A stretch of 64,000 nucleotides of DNA from Bacteroidales bacterium. GTDB lineage: Bacteria; Bacteroidota; Bacteroidia; Bacteroidales; VadinHA17. The stretch is taken from the NCBI GenBank assembly GCA_029974835.1, contig JARKQN010000078.1, positions 11,172-75,171 on the forward strand. Direction: 5' to 3'. Positions within the stretch are counted from its first letter, which is position 1, and every line of letters starts with the position of its first letter. Positions 26,059 through 35,360 of the stretch are shown here, in pieces. The notes under the pieces were generated by a model. That model was given only the letters and a program-made list of their open reading frames with translations. It was not told where the DNA came from and made no database searches. The position numbers and the translations under genes are program-made.

Positions 26059-27879
26059 TCAGATTACCTGGAAGCTGCGCAGTCGCTGGTAATAACCGTC
26101 CCTGCGCTGTATAAGTTCTTCATGGGTTCCTGACTCAACTATCCTGCCGTCCTCCATAACGACAATAAAATCAGCGTTCTGAACGGTTGAAAGGCGGTGG
26201 GCAATTACAATTGAGGTGTGGTTTTCCATGAGCCTGATTATTGCGTCCTGCACAAGACGTTCCGACTCCGTGTCGAGCGATGAGGTTGCTTCGTCGAGTA
26301 TGAGTACGGGGGGGTTGGCCATAACTGCGCGGGCAATGCTTATGCGCTGGCGCTGGCCTCCGCTGAGCTTGCAGCCACCCTCTCCCACTATGGTGTCGTA
26401 ACCCTCTTCCGATTCCATAATGAATTCATGCGCGTGGGCAATGCGTGCCGCATTCTCAACTTCCTCCATCGAAAAGTCATCCAGTCCGAAGGCAATGTTC
26501 TCAGCAAAAGATGTATTGAAAAGAATGGGATTCTGGCTTACAATGCCCATAAGGCTTCGCAGATCCCTTATTCTTACATCCTTTATGTTTATACCGTCAA
26601 TCATAACCTCCCCGCTGTTAACATCCATAAACCTTGGAATAAGATCAACAAGGGTTGACTTTCCGCTTCCCGATTTCCCGACAATTGCCACTGTCTGACC
26701 CTTCTTTATCTTCAGGTTAATATCCTTAAGAACAGGGTCTGTGTTGTATGAGAACCATACGTTGCGGAATTCTATGCTCTCCCTGAACGATTCAAGAGGT
26801 ACGGCATTTTCCTTCTCTTTAATCTTCTCATCGGCGTTGAGCATCTGGTCAAGCCTTTCTATAGAGGCAAGTCCCTTCTGAATCATGAAATACCCGGTTG
26901 TAATGTTTTTGGCCGGGGGTATTATCTGAGAAAAGACCACAACAAACGTAATGAGTCTTTCTGGAGTCATGTTGCCTGAACCGCCCAGGGCCAGGCGGGC
27001 TCCGAAATACATCAGGATCATTACCACAATTGTTGCCAGGAACTCGCTCAGGGGCGATGCCAGGTACGCTTTGCGTGTAACTCTTTTGAAAATCTTCGAA
27101 TACTTTTCATTTGTATCCCCGAACTGATGGTTCATCTTTGATTCAGCGTTGAAGCCTTTTATGATTCTCAGTCCGGTAAGTGTCTCCTCCACGTGCGAGA
27201 GCAGACGTCCAAGGCTTTGCTGACCTGCAAGGGAGGTTGCCTTTAGGGTTTTGCTGGCCTTGCCGATCAGCCAGCCGCTGACAGGCATCATAATCATGGC
27301 AAAAAGCGTGAGCTCGGGACTGGTGATGACAAGATATACAACAAAAATAATTATGTAGAGAGGATCCCTGAACATCATTGTAAGAGAGGACATCACTGAA
27401 AGCTCTATTTCCTGGACATCATTTGATATCCTTGTCATCACGTCTCCTTTTCGCGCATCGCTGAAATATGAAAGAGGCAGCCGGAGAACCTTGTCATAAA
27501 GTTTCCGCCTCAGATCCCTGACCGTCCCGGCCCTTATATAGGCCATATTATTGTTTGCCAGGAAGATAAAACCGTTCTTAAGAAGGCTGGCAATAATAAC
27601 TATTATGCAGACTGCAAGGAGGGTCTTTGCCTCACCGTGCTCGGTTACAAAAGAATAAAAGAAATGTCTTGCCCATGAGGTTATCCAATCTATGCTGAAG
27701 GAGAAGCTTCCCGGGTCGGGAGCAGGTTTTACACCCTTAAAAAGAACATTCAGGAAAGGACCTACCAGTGTGTAGGTGAAAAGGGCAAAAAAAGCGCTGA
27801 GGATATTGAATACCACATTTCGGACGGCATGCCAACGGTAAGGGGAAATAAATCTTGCGAGTATTCTTATTGTATTCAT
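26059..27879 (-). CDS. ABC transporter permease/ATP-binding protein (MsbA-like exporter)
   Basis: N-terminal six-helix transmembrane domain. Walker A GKSGSGKST, signature LSGGQRQR, Walker B VLILDEATS. Confidence 0.88.
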   Translation of the reverse strand: MNTIRILARFISPYRWHAVRNVVFNILSAFFALFTYTLVGPFLNVLFKGVKPAPDPGSFSFSIDWITSWARHFFYSFVTEHGEAKTLLAVCIIVIIASLLKNGFIFLANNNMAYIRAGTVRDLRRKLYDKVLRLPLSYFSDARKGDVMTRISNDVQEIELSVMSSLTMMFRDPLYIIIFVVYLVITSPELTLFAMIMMPVSGWLIGKASKTLKATSLAGQQSLGRLLSHVEETLTGLRIIKGFNAESKMNHQFGDTNEKYSKIFKRVTRKAYLASPLSEFLATIVVMILMYFGARLALGGSGNMTPERLITFVVVFSQIIPPAKNITTGYFMIQKGLASIERLDQMLNADEKIKEKENAVPLESFRESIEFRNVWFSYNTDPVLKDINLKIKKGQTVAIVGKSGSGKSTLVDLIPRFMDVNSGEVMIDGINIKDVRIRDLRSLMGIVSQNPILFNTSFAENIAFGLDDFSMEEVENAARIAHAHEFIMESEEGYDTIVGEGGCKLSGGQRQRISIARAVMANPPVLILDEATSSLDTESERLVQDAIIRLMENHTSIVIAHRLSTVQNADFIVVMEDGRIVESGTHEELIQRRDGYYQRLRSFQVI

Positions 27880-27890
27880 CTCGTTCCCGT

Positions 27891-29261
27891 CTATTTGCCC
27901 GTATAATTAAAAGGAGTTACAGATTTCAGTTCTTGCTTTACCTGCGGGCTGACATCTAGATTATCAATGAATTCCTCAATAGCTTCACGTGCAACTTTAT
28001 CCTCCTTTCTGGTGAGGTTCAGAAGTGCCTCATAGGGTTTCCCGTAACCTTCGCGACGCAGGATGGTCTGAATGGCCTCAGCCACCACCAGCCAGTTCTC
28101 TTCAAGATCCTGTCTCATCTTTGCTTCATTTAAAACAATTTTGTTCAGTCCTTTCAACACTGAACTGAACGCTATTATTGTGTGAGCAAAGGCAACTCCA
28201 GTGTTTCTTGTCACTGTCGAATCTGTAAGGTCGCGCTGAAGCCTCGAAACAGGAAGCTTCTCAGCCATAAAAGTAAGGAGGGCATTCGCGACTCCCAGGT
28301 TACCCTCCGCGTTCTCAAAATCGATCGGGTTAACCTTATGAGGCATGGCCGATGATCCGATTTCACCCTTTTTCACCTTCTGCCTGAAATAATCCATTGA
28401 AATATAAGTCCAGAAATCCCTGCACAGATCAATAAGTATAACATTGATTCTCTTTATGTTATCAAACAATGCAGCCAGGTTGTCGTAATGATCGATCTGA
28501 GTTGTCGGCCAGGATCTTTTCAATCCGAGAATATCATTCACAAAATTATCAGCGAATGAGTGCCAGTCAATTTCCGGGTATGCTGCATAATGTGCGTTCA
28601 TATTTCCCGTGGCTCCGCCGAATTTTGCCGAAAAGGGTATCTGGGCGAAATACTTTATCTGTTCGTCAAGCCGTGCGATGAATACTTCGATTTCCTTACC
28701 TGCCCTGGTGGGGGATGCAGGCTGGCCGTGAGTATGGGCAAGCATAGGAATATCTTTCCATTCCGCGGCAAGTGATGCAAGATTTTCCCTGATGTCGTAC
28801 AGCATAGGTGTGTAGATATTGCTCATGGCATCGCGGATGGAAAGCGGTAGTGCTGTATTGTTTATGTCCTGCGAAGTAAGACCGAAATGAATGAACTCCT
28901 TCGTCATTCCCATTCCGGCCCTGTCGAACTTATCCTTAAGGAAATATTCAAGAGCCTTTATATCATGATTGGTGGTTTTCTCATACTCTTTGATCTTCAT
29001 TGCATCCTCCATGGAAAAATCACGCCAGATCATACGCAGTTCATCGGCATTTACGGTCTCCGGAATCAGGTTTTTCCCGAGAGGCAACCCGCAAAGAGCG
29101 ATAAAATATTCTATTTCAACGTAGAGGCGGTACTTCATCAGCGCAAACTCCGAAAAATATCCTGCGAGAGCAGCTGTCTTTCTGGCATACCTTCCATCCA
29201 CTGGCGAAATCGCGGTAAGATAATTTAATTCCATTTCTGCTTTTTTATCGTTTTCCATCAA
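27891..29261 (-). CDS. purB: Adenylosuccinate lyase
   Basis: 456 aa. N-terminal segment LTAISPVDGRYARKT and the fumarate-lyase signature SSAMPHKVNP. Confidence 0.92.
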   Translation of the reverse strand: MMENDKKAEMELNYLTAISPVDGRYARKTAALAGYFSEFALMKYRLYVEIEYFIALCGLPLGKNLIPETVNADELRMIWRDFSMEDAMKIKEYEKTTNHDIKALEYFLKDKFDRAGMGMTKEFIHFGLTSQDINNTALPLSIRDAMSNIYTPMLYDIRENLASLAAEWKDIPMLAHTHGQPASPTRAGKEIEVFIARLDEQIKYFAQIPFSAKFGGATGNMNAHYAAYPEIDWHSFADNFVNDILGLKRSWPTTQIDHYDNLAALFDNIKRINVILIDLCRDFWTYISMDYFRQKVKKGEIGSSAMPHKVNPIDFENAEGNLGVANALLTFMAEKLPVSRLQRDLTDSTVTRNTGVAFAHTIIAFSSVLKGLNKIVLNEAKMRQDLEENWLVVAEAIQTILRREGYGKPYEALLNLTRKEDKVAREAIEEFIDNLDVSPQVKQELKSVTPFNYTGK

Positions 29262-29340
29262 CCCTCAGGAACAAAAGTAGTATTTTAGATGTTTGGAAAA
29301 AAGGTATACTCCCTCTAATTATACCTTAATTTGAATAATT

Positions 29341-30099
29341 ATGGAGAAAATAAAAATTTCCGTTGTCAGGTATGCCAATTCCTACCCGTTTATATGGGGT
29401 TTAAGCAAAAGCAGGCTTACTGACCGGGCCCTGATCGAGACCGATCACCCGGTTGTATGCGCCGAAAAGCTGAAATCGGGATCAGCCGATATCGGGCTTA
29501 TTCCCGTAGCCGCCCTGCCTGAAGTGGCGGGTTACCGGATAATAAGCGACTACTGCATAGGGGCCTGCAGGAAAGTCAAGACCGTGCTTCTGCTCAGCAA
29601 TTCGGACTTTGACGATATCAATACAGTATATCTCGACTACAGGTCAAGGTCCTCGGTTGCGCTTGCCCGGGTTCTTGCCCGTTTTAAATGGAAAAAAGAT
29701 TTCCGGTGGATCCCGACAGGCGAGGGATTTAACTTCACCGGCATTAAAAAAAATGAAGCTGTCGTTCTTATAGGGGATCAGTGCTTTGAAATGGAGTCAT
29801 CATTCAGTTACGGGCTCGACCTGGCTGAAGAATGGAAAGATTTTACCGGACTATGTTTTGTTTTTGCATGCTGGGTGTCGAACAGGGAAATACCACCCGA
29901 TTTCATCGGTGAATTCAACTCGGCCCTTAAGTACGGGGTGGATAACAGGGAGGAAGTGAGCCGCCATTTCGGAGGTTCAGGAGTGATGAGCCGGGAAGAA
30001 CTGCATCATTATCTTCAGAATAACATAGACTACATACTCGACGCGGAAAAAAGGGAGAGTATGAAAATATTTCTTGATCTGATAAAAAAATCCCAATGA
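29341..30099 (+). CDS. mqnA: Chorismate dehydratase (futalosine-pathway menaquinone biosynthesis, MqnA family)
   Basis: The N-terminal segment KIKISVVRYANSYPFIWGL is typical of MqnA/MqnD-family proteins. 252 aa. Confidence 0.7.
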   Translation: MEKIKISVVRYANSYPFIWGLSKSRLTDRALIETDHPVVCAEKLKSGSADIGLIPVAALPEVAGYRIISDYCIGACRKVKTVLLLSNSDFDDINTVYLDYRSRSSVALARVLARFKWKKDFRWIPTGEGFNFTGIKKNEAVVLIGDQCFEMESSFSYGLDLAEEWKDFTGLCFVFACWVSNREIPPDFIGEFNSALKYGVDNREEVSRHFGGSGVMSREELHHYLQNNIDYILDAEKRESMKIFLDLIKKSQ

Positions 30100-30548
30100 A
30101 CAGTAAAATTAATTCTCCCGTTAACAGTGATTTCATCATAAGAGATTTTAAGGATGAGGATTTCGACGAGGTTGCCGGGCTATGGGAATCGACCGGTATG
30201 GGCAGGCGTGAGAGGGGCGACGGCAAAGAAGTGATAATCAGAACTCTCAGGGCAGGAGGCTCGCTACTCGTAATGGTTGAGAAAAATTCCGGAATTATTT
30301 GCGGCACGTCATGGATCACCTGCGACGGAAGAAGAACATACCTCCATCACTTCGGCATCCTGCCGTCGTTCCAGGGCAAAGGACTTGCAAATCTTCTTAT
30401 GGAAGCTACAATGGAGAAGTTAAGGGAAAAAGGCCTTCAGGCAAAACTGGAAGTGCACCGTTCCAACCACAGGGCCGTGAACCTTTATAAAAAATTCGGA
30501 TTCGGGTATCTTGGTGATTATGATGTATATATAAAAAGGGACATCTGA
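30096..30548 (+). CDS. GNAT family N-acetyltransferase
   Basis: 150 aa. Acetyl-CoA motif FQGKGLANLLM. 4-nt overlap with mqnA. Confidence 0.75.
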   Translation: MNSKINSPVNSDFIIRDFKDEDFDEVAGLWESTGMGRRERGDGKEVIIRTLRAGGSLLVMVEKNSGIICGTSWITCDGRRTYLHHFGILPSFQGKGLANLLMEATMEKLREKGLQAKLEVHRSNHRAVNLYKKFGFGYLGDYDVYIKRDI

Positions 30549-30634
30549 AATTGAAATTTAATTGTTTTTTACATGTTTTTTGATTATATTTGGAAATAAA
30601 CGGTTTTTTATAAAAGCCATATAGCCAGAAGATT

Positions 30635-30862
30635 ATGAGCAGAACCATTACATTTAACGAACTCAGGAGAATAAAGGACAGCCTGCCCGAAGGAGGTATA
30701 AGGCAGATAGCCCGGAAACTTGAATTAAGCGAAGATGCTGTGAGAAACTATTTCGGGAAGGGTGAAACTGAAGGAGTTCATTATGAGAAAGGGCCAAACG
30801 GAGGGATTGTTGTAATTGAGGATACCACTATTCTCGACCTGGCAAAAAAAATGATCGAATAG
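30635..30862 (+). CDS. Small hypothetical protein, possibly helix-turn-helix
   Basis: 75-aa ORF. The segment GGIRQIARKLELSEDAVRNYF looks like an HTH. I recognise no family. Confidence 0.45.
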   Translation: MSRTITFNELRRIKDSLPEGGIRQIARKLELSEDAVRNYFGKGETEGVHYEKGPNGGIVVIEDTTILDLAKKMIE

Positions 30863-30889
30863 CCGGCCGGCGGAATTTTTTTACTTCCG

Positions 30890-31720
30890 ATGGAATCCGA
30901 GCAGTATCTTGCCGCTGCCGAAAAAAAGTATAAGCAGAACCTTGAAAATTTCATTTCCGGAATCTTCCGGGAATCTTTTCTCCCTTCCCACGGTCCCGGC
31001 CATCACCGAAGAGTCTGGAAATACGGCTGTGAACTCGCAGTGAACGGCCTCTTTCAGGTACGTGATGAACTGTCAGCCCTGAAACTGTTAATTGCCTGTT
31101 ACCTGCACGATGCCGGAATGGCATACGAAAGAGGTGAAATGCACGGTAAAAGAAGTATGGAACTGTGCAGGATTTTCCTGCGGAAAAATCATCTGCACGA
31201 TGAGGATTTTGAAGATGTGCTGGGGGCAATTGAGAATCACGACAAAAAAGATTATTCAGAGGCCGGCGATCCGTCATCACTGAAATTAATTCTCAGTATT
31301 GCCGACGACCTTGATGCTTTCGGATTTACGGGAATATACAGGTATATTGAGATTTACCTTGAAAGGAATGTGCCGCTGAATCAGCTCGGCAGGAAAATCG
31401 GTATCAACGCCGGAACCAGGTATGAAAACTTCAGAAAACACTGCAGCCATTCACCGGATTTATTAAACCGTCACAGCATCAGGTACAGAGTGCTTGAGGA
31501 CTTCTGCCTTAATTACACCATGCAGTCGGACAGCTACATTTTCGGCACAGGTTCGCCTCAGGGTTTCTGCGGTATTGCCGAAATAATCGGCGAAATGCTT
31601 AAGCAGAAGATTTATCCGGGTACGGAAATGAACCGGTATATTGCAGAAAGGGCGTGCAGTGACACTGTAATACTCTGGTTTTCCGGTGAACTTGAAAAGG
31701 AAATGTCAGAAGCTATTTAA
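30890..31720 (+). CDS. HD-domain metal-dependent phosphohydrolase
   Basis: HGPGHHRRV ... LIACYLHDAGM (H...HD motif). Confidence 0.7.
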   Translation: MESEQYLAAAEKKYKQNLENFISGIFRESFLPSHGPGHHRRVWKYGCELAVNGLFQVRDELSALKLLIACYLHDAGMAYERGEMHGKRSMELCRIFLRKNHLHDEDFEDVLGAIENHDKKDYSEAGDPSSLKLILSIADDLDAFGFTGIYRYIEIYLERNVPLNQLGRKIGINAGTRYENFRKHCSHSPDLLNRHSIRYRVLEDFCLNYTMQSDSYIFGTGSPQGFCGIAEIIGEMLKQKIYPGTEMNRYIAERACSDTVILWFSGELEKEMSEAI

Positions 31721-32324
31721 TCAAAAAATCCAGAACAGGAATATCCCCGATATAGGCAACAAGCCGGTCATTCCTGTGGAGCTGTCCCACTCCCGGAGGT
31801 GTGCCGGTGAATATCAGGTCACCCGTTTTCAGAGTAAAGAATACCGAGGCATATTCGATTATCCTGTCGATACTGAAGATCATGTCGGAAGTATTGCCTC
31901 TCTGAACCGTAGAGCCGTTTATGTCGAGTCTGAAATCAATATTTCCGATATCCTGAAACTGTCTAACAGGCAGGAATTTACCTACAGGGGCTGCTCCGTC
32001 AAATCCCTTTGTTATTTCCCACGGAAGGCTATCCTTCCTGACCCTGGCCTGCAGGTCGCGGGCAGTGATATCAATCCCGAGTGTGACCTCATCGTAATAC
32101 CTGTGAGCATATTTCAGCGCTATCCCCTTCCCCAGCCTGTTGATCTTAACCACAAGTTCCACCTCGTAATGAATATCTGAGGAAAAATCGGGAAGGAAAA
32201 ATGGTTTATTGTTTTTAAGAAGTGCGGAGTCGGGTTTCATAAAAAGAACCGGCTCTTCGGGTATGGGCCAGTTAAGCTCTCTCGCATGCTGCCGGTAGTT
32301 AAGCCCTGTACAGATTATTTTCAT
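31713..32324 (-). CDS. Fumarylacetoacetate hydrolase (FAH) family protein
   Basis: MKIICTGLNYRQHARELNWPIPEEPVLFMKP and GDLIFTGTPPGVG are characteristic of the FAH family. Confidence 0.85.
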   Translation of the reverse strand: MKIICTGLNYRQHARELNWPIPEEPVLFMKPDSALLKNNKPFFLPDFSSDIHYEVELVVKINRLGKGIALKYAHRYYDEVTLGIDITARDLQARVRKDSLPWEITKGFDGAAPVGKFLPVRQFQDIGNIDFRLDINGSTVQRGNTSDMIFSIDRIIEYASVFFTLKTGDLIFTGTPPGVGQLHRNDRLVAYIGDIPVLDFLIK

Positions 32325-32346
32325 CTTAAGTTATTGTCAGCAAATA

Positions 32347-33123
32347 TTATTTTCCAAAATGCCTCAGTCTGATTTCCGTAAGCACTTTCTTGGTATAAAG
32401 CGGAAAGTCGCCGTTCATCATCCACGAATAATATGAGGGGTCTGTTTTAAGGACCTCTTCTACGAGACGGCCCTTGTACTTACCGAAATTAAAAACCTCC
32501 CTTCCTTCCTCATCAAAGATGATTCTTCCGGCAAAGTCGGCATTGCTTGTGAATGCGCTGTATTCCGACAATTTGTTTACCGTGCCTTCCAGGTCTGTAT
32601 AGCGTTCCAGCTGAGCCTGAAGGATTTCGAAGGTGGCCTCGGTATCGGCCATCGACGAGTGAGCCTCCTTCAGTTCCCTGTCGCAGTAGAAGCGGTATGC
32701 TGCGCTGAGTGTCCTTGGTTCTTTCTTCTGAAAGATGACCTGCACATCAATGAATTTTCTTCTTCTGAAATCGAAATCCACTCCCGCCCTGAGAAATTCT
32801 TCCGCAAGCAGCGGTATATCGAATCTTCCGGCGTTATATCCTGCCAGGTCGGTACCTTCCAGAAATGTTGCGAGACTGACTGCTATCTCCTTAAATGATG
32901 GGGCTTCCCTGAGGTCTTCATCTGTAATACCATGCACAGCAACAGCCTGTGGCGGAACGGGCATACCGGGATTAACCCTCGAATGGAACCATTCTTTTTT
33001 CCCTCCGGGATGGATTTTAAGAACAGAAATCTCAACAATTCTGTCGGTGCTGATGCTGATTCCTGTTGTTTCGAGGTCGAAAAAGGCAAGCGGCCTCTTC
33101 AGTAACAGGTTCATCTCAGGCAT
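32347..33123 (-). CDS. 3'-5' exonuclease, DnaQ/DEDD family
   Basis: ExoI motif FFDLETTG. HGITDEDL. AHSSMADTEA (ExoIII His/Asp). Confidence 0.85.
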   Translation of the reverse strand: MPEMNLLLKRPLAFFDLETTGISISTDRIVEISVLKIHPGGKKEWFHSRVNPGMPVPPQAVAVHGITDEDLREAPSFKEIAVSLATFLEGTDLAGYNAGRFDIPLLAEEFLRAGVDFDFRRRKFIDVQVIFQKKEPRTLSAAYRFYCDRELKEAHSSMADTEATFEILQAQLERYTDLEGTVNKLSEYSAFTSNADFAGRIIFDEEGREVFNFGKYKGRLVEEVLKTDPSYYSWMMNGDFPLYTKKVLTEIRLRHFGK

Positions 33124-34246
33124 TTATCATCATAGGCATCAGAAGCATGAGAAGATCTTCCGCTTCTGTTTCTGTTTCCGCAGGCAGGAAGAGACCCGCC
33201 CTGGTGGGATCGGCGAGTTCAATTATCACGTCCTGTGAGTTAAGGTTGGCCAGGATTTCAAGCAGGAACCCGGATTTGAATCCGATTTCCATCTCATCTC
33301 CCTCGTACTGGCATTTGATTCTTTCGTATGCCGAGATTGAGAAATCGATATCCTGTGCCGAAACGGTAATCTGGTTACCGGTAAGGTGCAGTCTCACAAG
33401 GTTACTGGCCTGATTAGAGAATACAGACACGCGCCTGAGGGTATTATAGAACTCCGACCTGTCGATGGTAAGTTTCCTTGGGTTGTTTTTCGGTATTACC
33501 GAGTTATAGTTGGGGTAGTTTCCTTCGACCAGGCGGCACACTGCCTTATATCCGGCAAGTGTGAAGGATGCGTTTTTATCATCAAATTCGACGCTTACAG
33601 GTCCCGCCTCCTTGGGCAGAATATTTTTAAGAAGGGTCGCGGGTTTCTTTGGAAGGATGAATGAGCAAGCGGTATCCGCTTTTGCGTCAGTGCGCTGGTA
33701 TCTCACCAGCTTGTGTGCATCTGAAGCCACAAAGGTCAGTTTCTCGGGTGAGGCTTCGATAAGGATCCCTCCCATCACCGGGCGCAGCTCATCGTCGGCT
33801 GTGGCAAAAACCGTACGGCTTATGCCCGCAAGAAGGACCTCTGAATTCAGTGTGAATGAGTTCTTTTTTTCCTTCTTTAACACCGGCAATACCGGGAAAT
33901 CTACACCGTTTTGCCCCATGGCGTTGAACTTACCGTTTTCGGAATTGATAACTATCGCCAGGGTATCCATGTTAATGTCGAAGGTAAGAGGCTGCGCGCT
34001 GAACTCCTTAAGCATATCGAGCAATATTCTTGCCGGTATGGCAATTAATCCGCTTCCTTCAGAATTTTCAATACTCATTTTTGTAATGAGCGTCGACTCA
34101 AGGTCGGAAGCTGTTATCTCCAGCTCGTTTTTGTTGAGATTGAACAAAAAATTATCAAGAATAGGCAGGGTGTTTTTTGTACTTATTACCCTGCTGATTG
34201 CCTGCAAGTGCGATAAAAGCTCGCTGCTTGATACAACAAATTTCAT
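33116..34246 (-). CDS. dnaN: DNA polymerase III subunit beta (sliding clamp)
   Basis: 376 aa. The N-terminal segment MKFVVSSSELLSHLQAISRVISTKNTLPILDNFLF is typical of DnaN. Confidence 0.92.
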   Translation of the reverse strand: MKFVVSSSELLSHLQAISRVISTKNTLPILDNFLFNLNKNELEITASDLESTLITKMSIENSEGSGLIAIPARILLDMLKEFSAQPLTFDINMDTLAIVINSENGKFNAMGQNGVDFPVLPVLKKEKKNSFTLNSEVLLAGISRTVFATADDELRPVMGGILIEASPEKLTFVASDAHKLVRYQRTDAKADTACSFILPKKPATLLKNILPKEAGPVSVEFDDKNASFTLAGYKAVCRLVEGNYPNYNSVIPKNNPRKLTIDRSEFYNTLRRVSVFSNQASNLVRLHLTGNQITVSAQDIDFSISAYERIKCQYEGDEMEIGFKSGFLLEILANLNSQDVIIELADPTRAGLFLPAETETEAEDLLMLLMPMMINA

Positions 34247-34376
34247 ATTATCAGTGTATTTTTGTTAAACAAACTATATAATTTGCAATCTTTCCGTGAA
34301 TAATCATTTGAATTTCAGCTTACTTTATTTACTCTCCTGAAAAATCAATATTACAAAAAAAAGAATTACCATCAAA

Positions 34377-35360
34377 TTAATCCTTTAAGAAATATCCCGC
34401 ATTTCTCAATATGGGATCAATGTCGAAATATCTCAGAATTACCAGCCTGTCTGTTCCTTCGATTCTGCCCCATACCCTGTCGGTATCGGCAACCCTGATT
34501 CCATCGGAATTCTTAACGTATTTTTCCCAGATTTTCACGGTACTGACGGTTCCATCCGTCTTCCCTGCTGTAATAATATAAAGGGGTTCTGAGGTTACAA
34601 TGTCATTGATTTCTTCACGGGTAAGGTCACTCACGGGTTTCTCAAACGGCACATAGGAAAAATATGAAAGATATCTTTTAATCTTTGAGGTATCAGGCCT
34701 TTTGGCATCAGCTTTTAACGCAGACTCAAAATTCATTTCACCGGGTACATGGTAAATCTTAAATGATGATGCTGTATCTCTCAGGTTTCTGACCTCCACG
34801 AAACTGAGTTCGGACGGCATGACGTTAAAAACCATGAAGGGCCGCCAGAAGAACGGATCAGCCGTAAAATATGACCCGATGTCCTCCTCCATTCCCGGTA
34901 CATGCATGACAAAGGGCCGGGAGGCGACTCTCATCTTCATTATATTACCATAAACATTTGAGGATGTGTGATATACAAAAAAGCTCCTTTTCAGCCTCCA
35001 TCCAGAATATACAAAAACCTTTACGGGTTCGGGTTTTACGGAGATCATTTCCTTAAACACGTCGGCTCCTACCGGCGATTTCACCTGCATATCCCGCAGG
35101 ATAAGCAAGAGCATATTCACTGCAAGGGGGCGGGCTTCAGTCTCTCCTCCCACACTCCAGTTTTTTCCATTCTTCTCAAGTACGAGTTTCCTGCCGCCTT
35201 CAAAAAAGACGATCCTGCTGATTTCAGTTTTTTCATCTATGCTGAAGGAAGTGTTTTTTCTTCCGAAAGGAGATCTTTGTCTTGCCAGCAAAATGAGAAT
35301 TGCCGCACCGGCAACCACAATCAGCATCAGGAGAGACAAATCTGTATACTTCCTTTTCAT
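34377..35360 (-). CDS. DUF4340-like protein associated with GldG
   Basis: N-terminal membrane anchor. It is translationally coupled to gldG by a 4-nt overlap. The family assignment is from memory of the typical gldFG neighbourhood. Confidence 0.5.
   Translation of the reverse strand: MKRKYTDLSLLMLIVVAGAAILILLARQRSPFGRKNTSFSIDEKTEISRIVFFEGGRKLVLEKNGKNWSVGGETEARPLAVNMLLLILRDMQVKSPVGADVFKEMISVKPEPVKVFVYSGWRLKRSFFVYHTSSNVYGNIMKMRVASRPFVMHVPGMEEDIGSYFTADPFFWRPFMVFNVMPSELSFVEVRNLRDTASSFKIYHVPGEMNFESALKADAKRPDTSKIKRYLSYFSYVPFEKPVSDLTREEINDIVTSEPLYIITAGKTDGTVSTVKIWEKYVKNSDGIRVADTDRVWGRIEGTDRLVILRYFDIDPILRNAGYFLKD

Noticed and set aside
31686-32180. 164-aa plus-strand ORF.
   Set aside because: It is antisense to the FAH-family gene, and its composition is typical of a shadow ORF.
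33561-34268. 235-aa plus-strand ORF, and also 32735..33238 and 33066..33413.
   Set aside because: They are antisense to dnaN and the DEDD exonuclease, both unambiguous.
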